The position numbers and the translations under genes are program-made. A stretch of DNA of 63,859 nt, counting the filler, from Octopus bimaculoides (taxonomy: Eukaryota): the NCBI RefSeq assembly GCF_001194135.2. It is 5 parts of 5 records of this genome, joined end to end, with 100 filler letters (N's around TTAATTAATTAA, not from the genome) between each part and the next. Parts side by side here need not be neighbours in the genome. Positions count along the whole stretch, not along the records: positions 14,392 to 32,560 come from NC_068983.1; positions 32,661 to 46,358 come from NC_068999.1; 3 more parts are not named here. One strand, 5' to 3'. Shown in pieces: positions 28,088-41,045 of the stretch; within the stretch, counting starts at the first letter, position 1; every line of letters begins with the position of its first letter. The notes beneath the pieces were generated by a model. That model made no database searches and had not been told where the DNA came from. It worked only from the letters and a program-made list of their open reading frames with translations.

Positions 28088-29839
28088 GTGTGTGTGCCTG
28101 TGCGTGTGTGTGTGCGTGTGTGCGCGCGTAGAGAGAGAGAGGGAAAGAGAGAGGGAGAAAGAGAGGAGGAGATATACGTATACATATACACACAAGTGAC
28201 GTTTAAACTGAAAAAAGTAAGCAGGTTCATATTTTCATAGAATCGATGTTTCCTATCATGTAAATTCCTTAAGGATTTTTGCAATGGTGTTTTACTTTTT
28301 CTAAGATTTTCGTTTTTGGTTTTTGCTAAATTTCAGGACGTTTTGTAATTACGCTTTCTTATTCCGTGTGGCAGTACTGAGCTAATCTGTAAGCATTTGC
28401 ACATAACAATATAGCTTAATCCAACGCATCAAATATATGGCTGCATTCATTATTCTATGTACTGAATAATTCATATTGACCGCATTTTAGGGTATTGTTA
28501 TTTAAATGTTTACTGAATATTATGAATGGTATAATATACCATGTTTAAGAAAAAATCGAATATAGTTATAATAGAAAGAATTTTTTATTACCAATATAAC
28601 GGCGATATATGAAGTATTCCAATGTCATTGCGATTTATTTCTCAGTTTCAAGATATTTAAGTCGAAAACGAGGCTTTCACATTCGATATTTTCCAAAATG
28701 TATTAGTCGTAAATCTCAAATCCAATGACGTCAACTAAAGATTGAAATAGATTTGCGTGTTGCGACATAGAATTTCTTGTTTTCTTTTTGCGATATATCT
28801 ACATCATGGAACTTCAAGATACTGATAAATTATGCATACAGATTCACATTACATTCAAGTAGAAAGACATTCACTTATATTTTTATTTTACTTCTAGTAA
28901 TATAAGTATGAAATTGAAAGGTAGTATGCAGGACCATTTAACCGTTGGGTGGGGGGCGGAATGTTTTACTTGTATTACTTCGGATCTCTACGATCAGGGT
29001 TCCACTTCGGCCAAGGTATGTGTCGTAGTCGATAAACAAAATAACAACCTTGTGCAGAGAACATAAGCACACACATACATTCTCTCTATCTCTAGCATTT
29101 TCTGTTTCTGGAAGAAACCATGTGTGGTCGGACCTAGAGGCAGATAAGCTGACACAGATCTAAAAATAACCGAGGTGCTCATTCCGTACGGCCGTCATCT
29201 ACATTTGCTTCAGCGCTTGTATTTTGACTGTTGACGATTATATTAAGTATGTCTTCTTTCGTGGATCAGGAATTTATTTTCCTGGTTTCCTGTGCTCTTT
29301 CGACGAAAGACATATTTCTCAGACTCACGAAACTTGTTGCGGCCAACTTCAAATACCACACGGAACTACGCTTCCTTGTCGCTTCTCACAGCAACACTAA
29401 TCTCTAACCCTCTTTCAAATCATGTTGGTCATGTAGTTGATTCCACGAATGCCATGGAAGCTGACACATACGTCAGCCTCAGTGGACTAAAAATATAAAT
29501 GATCACAGATTGTATTAGGAACAATAAAATATACTTTGTTCAGAAGAGTTCCCATGGGTAATTCTTTTAAACTATAGCAATAAAAATTTCATTAAAATTA
29601 TTTCAACCGATTACGATTTCTGTTAAAATCTTCTCAGTTTAAATTTAAATTCATCCTCCCATTGTCAATATAATAATACATATGAAGTATTTGTAATGTT
29701 TAATCGTCTCTGAGCTCACACTCACATTTGTGACAATGGCAAAAATATAAGAATGTACAGGATTTTACTTTGCAGTTCAGAGTTAAAGATATCACTGCAT
29801 TGCAACTAATATAACTTCTCAATCTGTGAGATGGTTAAA

Positions 29840-29908
<69 letters not shown>

Positions 29909-30298
29909 ATTTCTTTACTACCCACAAGGGGCTACACGCAGAGGGGACAAACAAGGACAGACAAACGGATTAAGNNNNNNNNNNNNNNNNNNNNNNNNNN
30001 NNNNNNNNNNNNNNNNNNNNNNNNNNNNNNNNNNNNNNNNNNNNNNNNNNNNNNNNNNNNNNNNNNNNNNNNNNNNNNNNNNNNNNNNNNNNNNNNNNNN
30101 NNNNNNNNNNNNNNNNNNNNNNNNNNNNNNNNNNNNNNNNNNNNNNNNNNNNNNNNNNNNNNNNNNNNNNNNNNNNNNNNNNNNNNNNNNNNNNNNNNNN
30201 NNNNNNNNNNNNNNNNNNNNNNNNNNNNNNNNNNNNNNNNNNNNNNNNNNNNNNNNNNNNNNNNNNNNNNNNNNNNNNNNNNNNNNNNNNNNNNNNNN

Positions 30299-30334
<36 letters not shown>

Positions 30335-32674
30335 TGTGTGTGTGCGTGTATGTGTGTGTATATGTATATATGTATGTATCTATATATGTATGTATATATG
30401 TGTGTGTGCTTGTATACGCTAATATCGAACACAAAGAATGAGTGCTCAACATCGCATTGGTGAATGAATAGTTTTCATTTATGTGTTTCGTCTCAAATCC
30501 AAGACGGAGACAAGTACCAATGTCCCATGTGGCAGGCATGATGACTGCTGATAAATCTCTTTTCACCATGAAACCAAATGGTAGGCTTGTTGACTCAAAC
30601 GCAATATACACACAGACACAAACAGACGCAGACACACGCACTCACACACACACACACACACACACGCACACACACCCACACACATATATGTATATTACAT
30701 TTCAAAATTGCAGTGTGTATCCGTAGTCGAATCCATTCACGCAGAGCTTTTGAAATCCTTTGTTTGTAATTCATATGACTTTTGAAATATTCAAATGCAA
30801 TTAATAGTAAAATATAAACAAAATAGATGAAAATAATTTTCATGCAGCTAAATTTTTTTTATAGTTTATGGGATAGTCTGATTCTCTGTAAGGAATGACA
30901 ATAATTTCCTAAATATTTAATCTTAGTTTTTCTTTTTAATGCGGATTAATTTACATCTGTTATTACGCACGTGTTTCTAATCGATACTTAAAGGTAATTA
31001 TTAGCGTAAACCTCCTTAAACGTAACTGAAAATGCATATTTAAGAATGTAATCTTTTCAGCATCTTCGGCTTCAAAAGCGGCATCATACTGACTGCAATA
31101 CTGCAAAGGTTAGGAGTATACGTTTAATTCGAAAGATAAGCATAAGTCTGCAAACAGATATTTTTACAAAAGGCAGCGAAATACTGAACCTACCGTGTAA
31201 TAAACATTCTAAGATTAAAGAAGGCTAAGCGAGCATCCATTTAAAACAACAAAACATTTTTCTAAGTTCTGTTTTCTGGCACGTTTATTGTTATTCCGAA
31301 AAGCATGAAATCATTTTCTAAATATTACAGCCCTTTTACTGTTCTGCACAATGATATTTAACTGATACCGAAAGTATGTGATTTTCTATCGTTAAACGAA
31401 TTCATAACCAGTTGCGCATTTTATATTCATATAATTTCCCCTATCTCTACGCCTCCAATTATATGTTTCTAAGAATATTATGGCCGGTTATATAGTGATA
31501 TGCATCATAAACCTGATGGAAACCACAGAATATTTTCTTAGACTATAGTAACATAACTGTTCCTTAGAAAATTCTGTTGTATTTCTGCGCCATTTGCCCT
31601 CTTAGTCTTTAATAATAGATATTAATTACGATAGAAAAAAAATAAAGTACTAAATTACATACCCGAGATGTATTACATATTTACTCATACGTGTATATAA
31701 TCTGACTAAAAGAGCTCCAGATAATTTATCATCATGCTTTCACCTTGGAATCCAGATTCTTCTTTAATATTTAGAATTTCTCTCTACTTTCACATTATCA
31801 GAATATATTCGACTACATATTCATATTTCCAGATGACCCCATCATATTCCCACATTTCGATTATCAATGGTTTCCCTCTGTTCTTCTATATAAATAACAA
31901 TACCTGAGAACTTTCAATTATTCTAAGAACTGCTTAAGCTTTATCTTTGTTCTTTATATATTACCTTTGACTTAACTCTATGAAACCAGTCCATATATCT
32001 TCAGCATATCTTCTTTACTGAAAGCTATATTATTGTATTATCTTATGAGTTGGTGTATTACAAACGAATTGATAATTTTAGAAGTTAAATTTTCCCATGG
32101 AAATATTTCCTTATATATAACAGACCTTAACACAATTTAACACCTTTGCATTATATTTATAAATAATTTGTTGTAAACAAATTGAAATATAAAGTAAACT
32201 GACATTGATTATTATCCGAAATTCAATATTATGTGTGAAGTAAAGCCCTTTGCATATATTTTCAATTGTCTTATATTTCTTAGGAACAACATGAATGAAC
32301 ATTAAATCATTTCCGCAAGTCAAATTTAATATACATTTCCAAATTGTTCGCTTATATTATGTAAAAGAAAAAAAAAACTCAAATACCATACATATTTGTA
32401 TCCCAAAGAATTCATCAAATGGTTACTGTAAGTCATGAAATAGATTTCAAATATAGTTTGATTTAAAGATCTAATCATGAATACCAGGTTTCATTAAAAT
32501 ATTTAGTCAAATTACAGATTGCACAAGTTAATATAATAATACAGCTTTGAAGTAATATATNNNNNNNNNNNNNNNNNNNNNNNNNNNNNNNNNNNNNNNN
32601 NNNNTTAATTAATTAANNNNNNNNNNNNNNNNNNNNNNNNNNNNNNNNNNNNNNNNNNNNATATATATATATAC

Positions 32675-32713
<39 letters not shown>

Positions 32714-32716
32714 GGT

Positions 32717-33243
32717 TGCAGGCGTGAAGTGGATTCGATCCACTATACCCAAATTTGAATTAACACTGCGTCAGAACTTTTCCCACGGTGGAACAATGGT
32801 TTTGATCTGACAGCAGTTAGATATTTCCCAGACGCCTTTAGCTTGGCCGAAGCGGTGTCTCCACCACTTGACCCTTTCTGACCTCTTCTTCTCCATCAAA
32901 TCTAGAATAGAGATAACAAGACCGCCAGCTAAACCCTTTGTTCTCACTATCCTTCTAGATAGCTATAAAAACAGGAGACCCAAAGCCAAACAGTCAGTGG
33001 TCACTTGGCGACAACGGAGCGAATCAACTCATGACAACCCAATCAGTTAGGGAATGGACATCTACAGATATAGTCACAAGCAGTCAGCCACCTAAAAGAC
33101 AACACGACAAAAGGGAGAAAGAAGTTTACAACCAGCCAACTATGAGACAACTTCCCTCGATGCTATAACTATCACTAGCTCTCATCTCTTTACTCGGTAA
33201 CCTTACCCTGTCTTTTTATCGGTTTACTACTACAAGAATGTGT
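32717..33243 (+). mobile_element. Solo LTR-like element, copy 1
   Basis: Starts TG and has an internal TATAAAA. It is a high-identity inverted match to 39250-39754. The 3' end runs into a 10-N gap. Confidence 0.65.
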
Positions 33244-33253
33244 NNNNNNNNNN

Positions 33254-33290
<37 letters not shown>

Positions 33291-33384
33291 TGTTGTGTCT
33301 GGGGAGAGTCATTTTGTCTTTATACCTTATTAACTAACAAACTCATCGGTTCGATTACCACTCAGTTTATTCATATATATTTTT

Positions 33385-33620
33385 TTTTCTTCCAGAATTT
33401 GTTGTTTCTCGCAACCTGGCTTTTCAACGATCTTATTGTTAAGTTTGGTCTCCTTCAGAGTTTTCCTAAATCTATAGGCTAGTTCCCATGGGGTGTGGCC
33501 TCTACAAACATCACTCCTTGATATTTGTCAGCCCTGTACCATGTGTTCACCCTGTTTGCTTTGTCACAAACTCTCTCTATCCTATTCCAGTCTTTACCTC
33601 TGTATCCAGGGCGTCTACCA
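33385..33620 (-). mobile_element. Penelope-like element fragment (RT C-terminal/linker region)
   Basis: KDWNRIER...NTWYRADKYQGVMFVEATPHG followed by NKIVEKPG, which resembles the WY....SV.FVPATP...KVVE.AG segment. Confidence 0.4.
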
Positions 33621-35769
33621 CTGGCTTCATTACATATGTTACCTAACTTCCTTCTAGCCACTAGCGTAGCTAGAGTGTGTGCCGCCTGAGGCGGCCCTTC
33701 CGTTTTCCACCCCTCCTCATAAAAACACATACTGCCTAAAGGAGACCCAAAGAGCTGCCCCTTTAAAAGTGCCGCCCAGAGCAGACCGCCCCTACCGACT
33801 CCTCCCAGCTACGCTCGTGCTTCTAGCTCCCCTGTATACACAAATCCTATCTTTTTGGTCATATCTAGAGAATTGCATCCGGTGCATGAAGTTCTGTACA
33901 GGTTACCTTGCTTAATAGGGTTTGCATGAGGGGGACATTACCCCAAGTCTGCTATCAGTATGTTGATTTTCGTTTTGTGCGCACAAACAACTAGGAACGC
34001 AGCGCCGATAACGGACAGAGTCGACAACTATTGAGAAGGTTGCAAGAAGCAACGAAAATTCTGGAAGAAAAATAGATGTTCATACATATATTTTATTATA
34101 TGTATTTATTTTCTCCTAATTAATAAATAACTCGGACAAAATAAATTGGTTAATAGATACCAGGGTAGCAAAGATCACAAAATGACTGTGGTGTAACTCC
34201 TGTTTATGAGGTAGAAACTGCTTGTTATTTTGGGTACTTGAGTCTATATAAATTTAGTGAATGGAGTAAAACGCATTTCGGTTAAAATGTCTTACGTTTA
34301 AACTGGTTCCCATGCATTTCCCTGAAGAGAAGATTACATTTTTAACATCACCGATTCCTATGGAAGGTATAATTTGTAATCTTCGAAACATATGTTGGAA
34401 ATAAAAGTATGCAGTTAACATATGCGTTTTACTCCATTCACTAAATTTTTATATATATATATATATATATCTTAAGGCGATGCTTCAGCATGGCCGCAAT
34501 CAAATGACTGAAACAAGTAAAATAATATAGATAAACAAAGTGGAAATCGAACCCGTGTGTGTTAGTTACCCCACACACACATGGAGGGAGAAAGAGAAGG
34601 GCTGGGAAAGAATCATTTTTAACGACGTCGCTATAAAAACAGCAAATCAGAGAAAACAATGAACGATCGTGTAAAACTGAAGCTAAGTAAAAAGATTGAA
34701 GGTGATTAAACATATTTGAATAATTGACTGATTTTTATGTTGAAACGTTTAGATTTAAAGATAGAACATTTATTTTATTTCACCATTTTAACTTCTCTTA
34801 GTTACATTCAACTTGAAACTAACATACAAAATGAAGAGATAAAAGAAAACAGGAAGCAAAGAAAATATCTGTGGCTGGTGAAAATACACCAAAAACATTG
34901 TAAAAAGAAGACACGCAAAACATTGTAAAAAGAAGACACACAAAACAATGCAAAAAGACATAGAATACATCTGTATAAATGTGCGTGCGTGCACGCGTGT
35001 GTATTTGGTATGTGTATACATACATGCTTGCACATAACCACATTTATAAGTACATCTCCCCCTCTCTCTCTCATTCTCCCCTCTCTCTGTACATATACAT
35101 ATAGATATAAGCTTAGTATAGCCGAATGGTAAAGAAGTTCGCTCCTCAATTACGAGCTGCCGGGTTCGATCCCATTGCGTGACATCCCAGGCATGTGCAA
35201 TTTTCTATAGCTTCGGTTCGATCCATAGCTTGTGAATAACATTGTGTTGACGAAAACTATTTAGAATTACTTGGACGATACACATGTCTGTAGAATGTTC
35301 AGCCATTCATAAGCTAATAAAATTAGTAGGTGGTTGGTAGGTAGGTAGGTATAAATGGAGGCATGAGATCGAAGCGAGGTTTTGATAATACCAGAGTTAG
35401 GCCCGGTGTCATCTTCATCTGCTGCGCTCTCAGTGTCCCCTCAGCATAAGGGGAAACTGAGTGCAACTATGGTTTGCTGCTGCTATTGTTTTAAACTTTT
35501 ACAATTCCAGGTTGGGAAAACCCTTAAATGACTTCTGCTGTCAAATGTGTTGCAGCAAAATTTTCTGTCCTGGATGCTGATTTTTAAGGGGTTTTCCTCA
35601 CAGCAACTTCAAAAGGACACAATTTTGGTATTATTTTGAAGAGTCATGAGAACTGCACATTCATGGTGATTGCATTCGACCTCATATTACTGACCACCTG
35701 TCCATATTATTCTACAAGAGTAATTCCGAACCAACAGTCCGCGTATTCAACGTTGTCATTTGTAGTGGC

Positions 35770-35870
35770 GCGTGTGGCCGCCATTGGCCGCTATCTTGAG
35801 AAGTGCCATTGCGCATGTGCAAGGGACTAGCCGTCAGCGGAAGTACCCGAGCACGCATGCGCAATGCAAC
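35770..35870. promoter_or_regulatory. CpG-rich housekeeping-type promoter motif cluster
   Basis: YY1-like GCCGCCATT (35777), NRF1-like TGCGCATGTGCA (35810) and GCACGCATGCGCA (35851), and ETS CGGAAGT (35838), within 90 bp in an otherwise CpG-poor window. Confidence 0.6.
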
Positions 35871-37057
35871 AGGTGGAGAGAAAGCAATAGCGTTTTCTCT
35901 CTAGCAGCGGTGGCGACAACACGTATCTCTTTTCTCTCAAGCAGCCGTCGTGACAACACGTATTTCCCAACTCGATCCCGACATGTGGTCGAAGCTTCTT
36001 TGGTATTCTAGCGGCATGCCTATTCACCCAGGAACGAAACGGCTCTACACCAACCTAGAATAAACTATTGATCTGTTGTTACGGTTATCCCTCGTGTTGT
36101 CGTATTTCTAGATTTTAAAGATTAATATAAGAACTGGGGAGAGATGGCCGAGCCATCATATCGCATCCAATTCTTATACATTGATCGTCACTCCCAAATA
36201 TTGTGAGACAAGCTGACGAGCAAGCATAATTCATACGATCTAGGCGCTTATGCCACACCCTCGGCTTCGAAGATTATGGATAGAGTGCAATATTCCTTCA
36301 TTTTATCAACAAAACACTTTCCATTTCGTGTCACCAAACATTTTTGGGGGTTAAGCAAGAAAAACCCTCGTGGCTTTGGCAAAGCATAGGTACATTACAT
36401 GCTTCTTCACACGGCAGGTCCGTCTTAAGAGCGAAAATTCTCACAAGTATTAGTTCTTTCGGTATAACGCTTCATGTCTTAAGTTTTCTTGTTTGAAATA
36501 CACTTGCGAACGATGAAGTTTGTTTATTGTTCACTATACTTTCGTTTGACCAAGTATGTGTCAGTGTAATGTTGTAGCTATTGTTATTGTTACTGCTGCT
36601 GCTGCCGCCGTTTTGTTGTTGTTAAAAGTATTGTATGGATTGCTAAAATTTTTTTTTCCTGAAATACCGTTTTTTATTTTCGCTGCTTTTTTTTCTCCGT
36701 GTATATGTTATTTTTATATAATTTTTCTTTCTGTTTCTATATTCACTGTAAATTATTTCCGATGGGGTACCATATTATTATTATTATTATTATCATTATC
36801 TTAGAGTTACTATTGCCTTTGAGCTAGACGGTGAATAAAAATGGAAAAATCAAAAACTAAAGCTGATCTTGTTTTCTAGTTCCAGTATCGGATAGACATT
36901 GCAAAATATTTAATAACAGTCCCTATTTGAAACAATATCCAAAATAATAATGAATTTCCACCGCCATATTTTGAGAATTCTTGAAGCAACTTTTTTTTTA
37001 CCCCTGAACGAGTCGACAACAAGTATCATCATCATCATCAACAACAACAATTCAAAA

Positions 37058-37522
37058 TAATGGTTTCCAATTTTGACACAAGGTTAGCAATCTCGGTGTA
37101 GGGAGATGACTTGAATACATCGACCCAGTACTCAACTGGTACTTATTTTATGGAACCCCGAAAGGATGAAAGGCAAAGTCAACCTCGGCGGAATTTGAAC
37201 TCAGAACGTAAAGACGGACGAAATGCCGGTAAGCACTTTGTCCGGTGTGTAAACGATTTTGCCAGTTCGCCGCCTTAAAAACAAATTAAAATATCAATAA
37301 TAATTGCTTCAAATTTTGGCCCTGAGCCAGGAGTCTTTGAGGGGTGGGGTTTAGTCGATTTTGTTGAACCCAGTACTGTCTGGTATTATATTTTATCGAT
37401 CTCGAGAGGATCAAACGCAAAGTTGACCTCGGCGGGATTTGAACTCAGAACATGAAGAGCCGGAAGAAATGCCACTACACATTTTGTCCGACGTGCAAAC
37501 AATTCTGTCAGCTGACCAGCTT
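37058..37522 (-). mobile_element. Two tandem SINE family A copies (37058-37277 and 37305-37522)
   Basis: Two consecutive bodies in the same orientation. Confidence 0.8.
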
Positions 37523-37659
37523 AAGCAATATACAATAATAACAGCGAATAACTTCAAATAAAATTCCGTCGCGATCGATTGATTTAGTATGTTCAGTGTG
37601 TATAATATTACTGTTTATATTTCTCCACGAACCTAAAACGTCAGTTTTGAATCATTACA

Positions 37660-37835
37660 ATGTAGTGACGTCATTTGGCGCCAAAATACAGTCGCCATTA
37701 CTGCGTTTTCATCCACGCATGCGCAGGGAATAGTTCCGGAAGGAACACAGGAAGAGTCCCATGCGCATGCGTGGAATTCAACATCTAAACGTTTCCGCTC
37801 TTTTCATTCTCTTTCTCGGTCGGCCGGCCATGAGC
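37660..37835. promoter_or_regulatory. Second promoter motif cluster (CRE, E2F, NRF1 x2, ETS)
   Basis: Perfect TGACGTCA (37666-37673) abuts palindromic TTTGGCGCCAAA (37674-37685). Also ACGCATGCGCA (37715), TTCCGGAA (37734) and TGCGCATGCGT (37762). Confidence 0.65.
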
Positions 37836-39249
37836 ATGGACGGGTCAAGCTGTCTCTCCAGCATCTCAACTCTGGGGACAGCTCATTCCAACGTCTCAGC
37901 AACCATGCCTATTTCCTCCTTAAATAAATATTGTTGTGTTGATAGTTCGGAGTNNNNNNNNNNNNNNNNNNNNNNNNNNNNNNNNNNNNNNNNNNNNNNN
38001 NNNNNNNNNNNNNNNNNNNNNNNNNNNNNNNNNNNNNNNNNNNNNNNNNNNNNNNNNNNNNNNNNNNNNNNNNNNNNNNNNNNNNNNNNNNNNNNNNNNN
38101 NNNNNNNNNNNNNNNNNNNNNNNNNNNNNNNNNNNNNNNNNNNNNNNNNNNNNNNNNNNNNNNNNNNNNNNNNNNNNNNNNNNNNNNNNNNNNNNNNNNN
38201 NNNNNNNNNNNNNNNNNNNNNNNNNNNNNNNNNNNNNNNNNNNNNNNNNNNNNNNNNNNNNNNNNNNNNNNNNNNNNNNNNNNNNNNNNNNNNNNNNNNN
38301 NNNNNNNNNNNNNNNNNNNNNNNNNNNNNNNNNNNNNNNNNNNNNNNNNNNNNNNNNNNNNNNNNNNNNNNNNNNNNNNNNNNNNNNNNNNNNNNNNNNN
38401 NNNNNNNNNNNNNNNNNNNNNNNNNNNNNNNNNNNNNNNNNNNNNNNNNNNNNNNNNNNNNNNNNNNNNNNNNNNNNNNNNNNNNNNNNNNNNNNNNNNN
38501 NNNNNNNNNNNNNNNNNNNNNNNNNNNNNNNNNNNNNNNNNNNNNNNNNNNNNNNNNNNNNNNNNNNNNNNNNNNNNNNNNNNNNNNNNNNNNNNNNNNN
38601 NTATTAACCTCAAACTTTTAAACCGAACCCGCCATACAAGTTGCATTACTAGAGACAGGAAGAATTTCCTTGCTAAAGAAGACGGTAGATTGATTTCTAC
38701 GATAGCCTCGACTAATTGCTGGAAGTGCCCGGGACATGCCAACAAATGTTTGAAATAAATCCATCAATCAACAATGAAAAGATACAGCAAATGTGCGGGC
38801 GGTTTTGCTACCCTGCGTTCATTATGGACAAGCTGGCAGCTTCGACATGGCAATGACTGTAGATTTTATCCCGAACAGGCAAATTCTACCCGCAGACCTC
38901 GTCGCGTCGTAAACGGCTGTCAGTCTGAAAGCACAATAATTTACATTACAAGTCATAAGACCACGGATCAACCGCATCTGGTTCAAGAAGCTCATGCTTA
39001 CTCGTAGAATATACCTGTAACGGTTGAAAGATGTTAAAGTCGGAGATTACCAATTGTAACGATAATTGTTAGTTTGTAGCGATGTGCTGCAGGATGCGCA
39101 AGATGAACAATTTATGAAATGTTTATAGAAATATTTATTTACCGTTACTTTCATAGTTGCCATACCACGACGGGTAGGTTAGTGTAATCGTATAATGCAG
39201 TTCTTAAAACATGCAAAGCAAAGAAAGTTAATTTTGGCCTGTATAGATG

Positions 39250-39754
39250 TGTACACATTTTTGTAGTAATAAACAGATAAAAAGACAGGGTAGGTTACCG
39301 AGTAAAGAGATGAGAGCTAGTGATAGTTATAGCGTCGAGGGAAGCTGTGTCTCATAGTTGGCTGGTTGTAAACTTCTTTCTCCTTTTGGTCGTGTTGTCT
39401 TTTAGGTGGCTGTCCATTCCCTAACTGATTGGGTTGTCATGAGTTGCTTCGCTCCGTTGTCGCCAAGTGACCACTGACTGTTTGGCTTGGGGTCTCCTGT
39501 TTTTATAGCTATTTAGAAGGATAGTGAGAACAAAGGGTTTAGCTGGCGGTCTTGTTATCTCTATTCTAGATTTGATGGAGTAGAAGAGGTCAGAAAAGGT
39601 CAAGTGGTGGAGACACCGCTTCGGCCTAGCTAAAGGCGTCTGGGAAATATCTAACTGTTGTCAGATCAAAACCGTTGTTCCACCGTGGGAAAAGTTCTGA
39701 CGCAGTGTTAATTCAAATTTGGGTATAGTGGATCGAATCCACTTCACACCTGCA
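39250..39754 (-). mobile_element. Solo LTR-like element, copy 2 (inverted)
   Basis: TG...CA termini on the minus strand, flanked by agatg/agatt (4/5 match, a probable 5-bp TSD). It lacks a ~26-bp segment present in copy 1. Confidence 0.7.
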
Positions 39755-40619
39755 AGATTCCTATATACCTTTATGGAACAGCACTAACGTGTCATTCGAT
39801 CTGAGCCAGCTGAAAGAAGCGTAAACAATATGGTGGGCGGTCAGAAAGAGATCGAATGTGTGCATCTCAGAAATCCTTACCCACTGATCGATGCCACATT
39901 TCGAGATAGCAACCTGAGATCGCTGAACAAATGTTTCTGCTTTCACATGGATCCTACACTACGTACATTTATACATTCCACATATAATTGCTACGTGTTG
40001 GCTTGTAAAACGGTAGGAAAATCCACCTTTCATGTTTTAAATGTTGTTAATCCGGAGCTTTAGGACTATTTGTTTAGGAACGTCCGCTGTGTCCCCATCT
40101 TTGCTTTGGAGTTCTTTCCATAAAAAAAAGGAGCCCACCTTATATGTGGGGACGTTTTCAGAACTTCTGAGCAAGCTGTTTAAGCCCAAAGTTGATTTTC
40201 CATTGATCTAGATAGATCTTGTCAGTCACACCTTGTTTTCTTGAAATAAATTTTATTCTTGCAATAATTTGTATTTTTCCGCTTTGTATTTTGCATTTGC
40301 CTAATATTTCTTTTGCCTTTGTCGCAGATGGACTGCCTTAGATTTTATTTTGGCTTGCGTGAATTTTCGCCTTTTTCGGTATTTTGCTGTGTTTGCTCAG
40401 TCATGCATTCTGCCTAGCCTTAAGTTTCTAAAAATTAGTTTATCGAAATTTTAGGTAATTCAATAATTACATATATAACACATATGTTTATGATACATAT
40501 AATAAAAAAAAAAACACATTAAAATACAAATCCCAAACAGAAGAAAACGCAAACATGAGCGATGAAAGAAAAACTGAAGAAAAAAGAGGAAGAAAGAAAG
40601 AAAAAAAAACTCGATTCAA

Positions 40620-41045
40620 CATCAAATGCTTAATTGGCTCCTCCGAACGTCTCAAACATTCTGGAGCGGCGAGATTATCCAAAAGTGATGGGAAGAGACC
40701 AGATGGTCATATCCATTCTCCCTCATCTGGGATGTCACAGTCTGTGACTCCTTTGTTCCACATCCAGGACGTTGCGATAAATGGGAGGGTCACTGCTTTC
40801 GTAGCTGAACGGAACAAAATCTTTTAGTGCCGGGACTTGTCAGTGAACCATTTCTTCCAGCCTGTGGTGTTTGAGACGTTTGGTGGGACTGGGCCGCTAA
40901 TGGTGAGGTTCTTGTCATCGTTGGCGGCACGCCATACCGAGGTGTCAGGTGATGCCCGTGTGGGTGCTTGGCTGTTCCAATGCCTTAGTCTCGCCATCGC
41001 CCGTGGCAATGCCGCTAGCGTGTTAGCTTTGCTTAAGCTGGGTCC
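40620..41045 (+). mobile_element. CRE/R2-superfamily non-LTR retrotransposon 3' fragment (restriction-like endonuclease domain)
   Basis: SDGKRPDG, LIWDVTVCDS, HFFQPVVFETFGG.GP and WLFQCLSLAIARGNAASV, with frameshifts. Confidence 0.8.
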
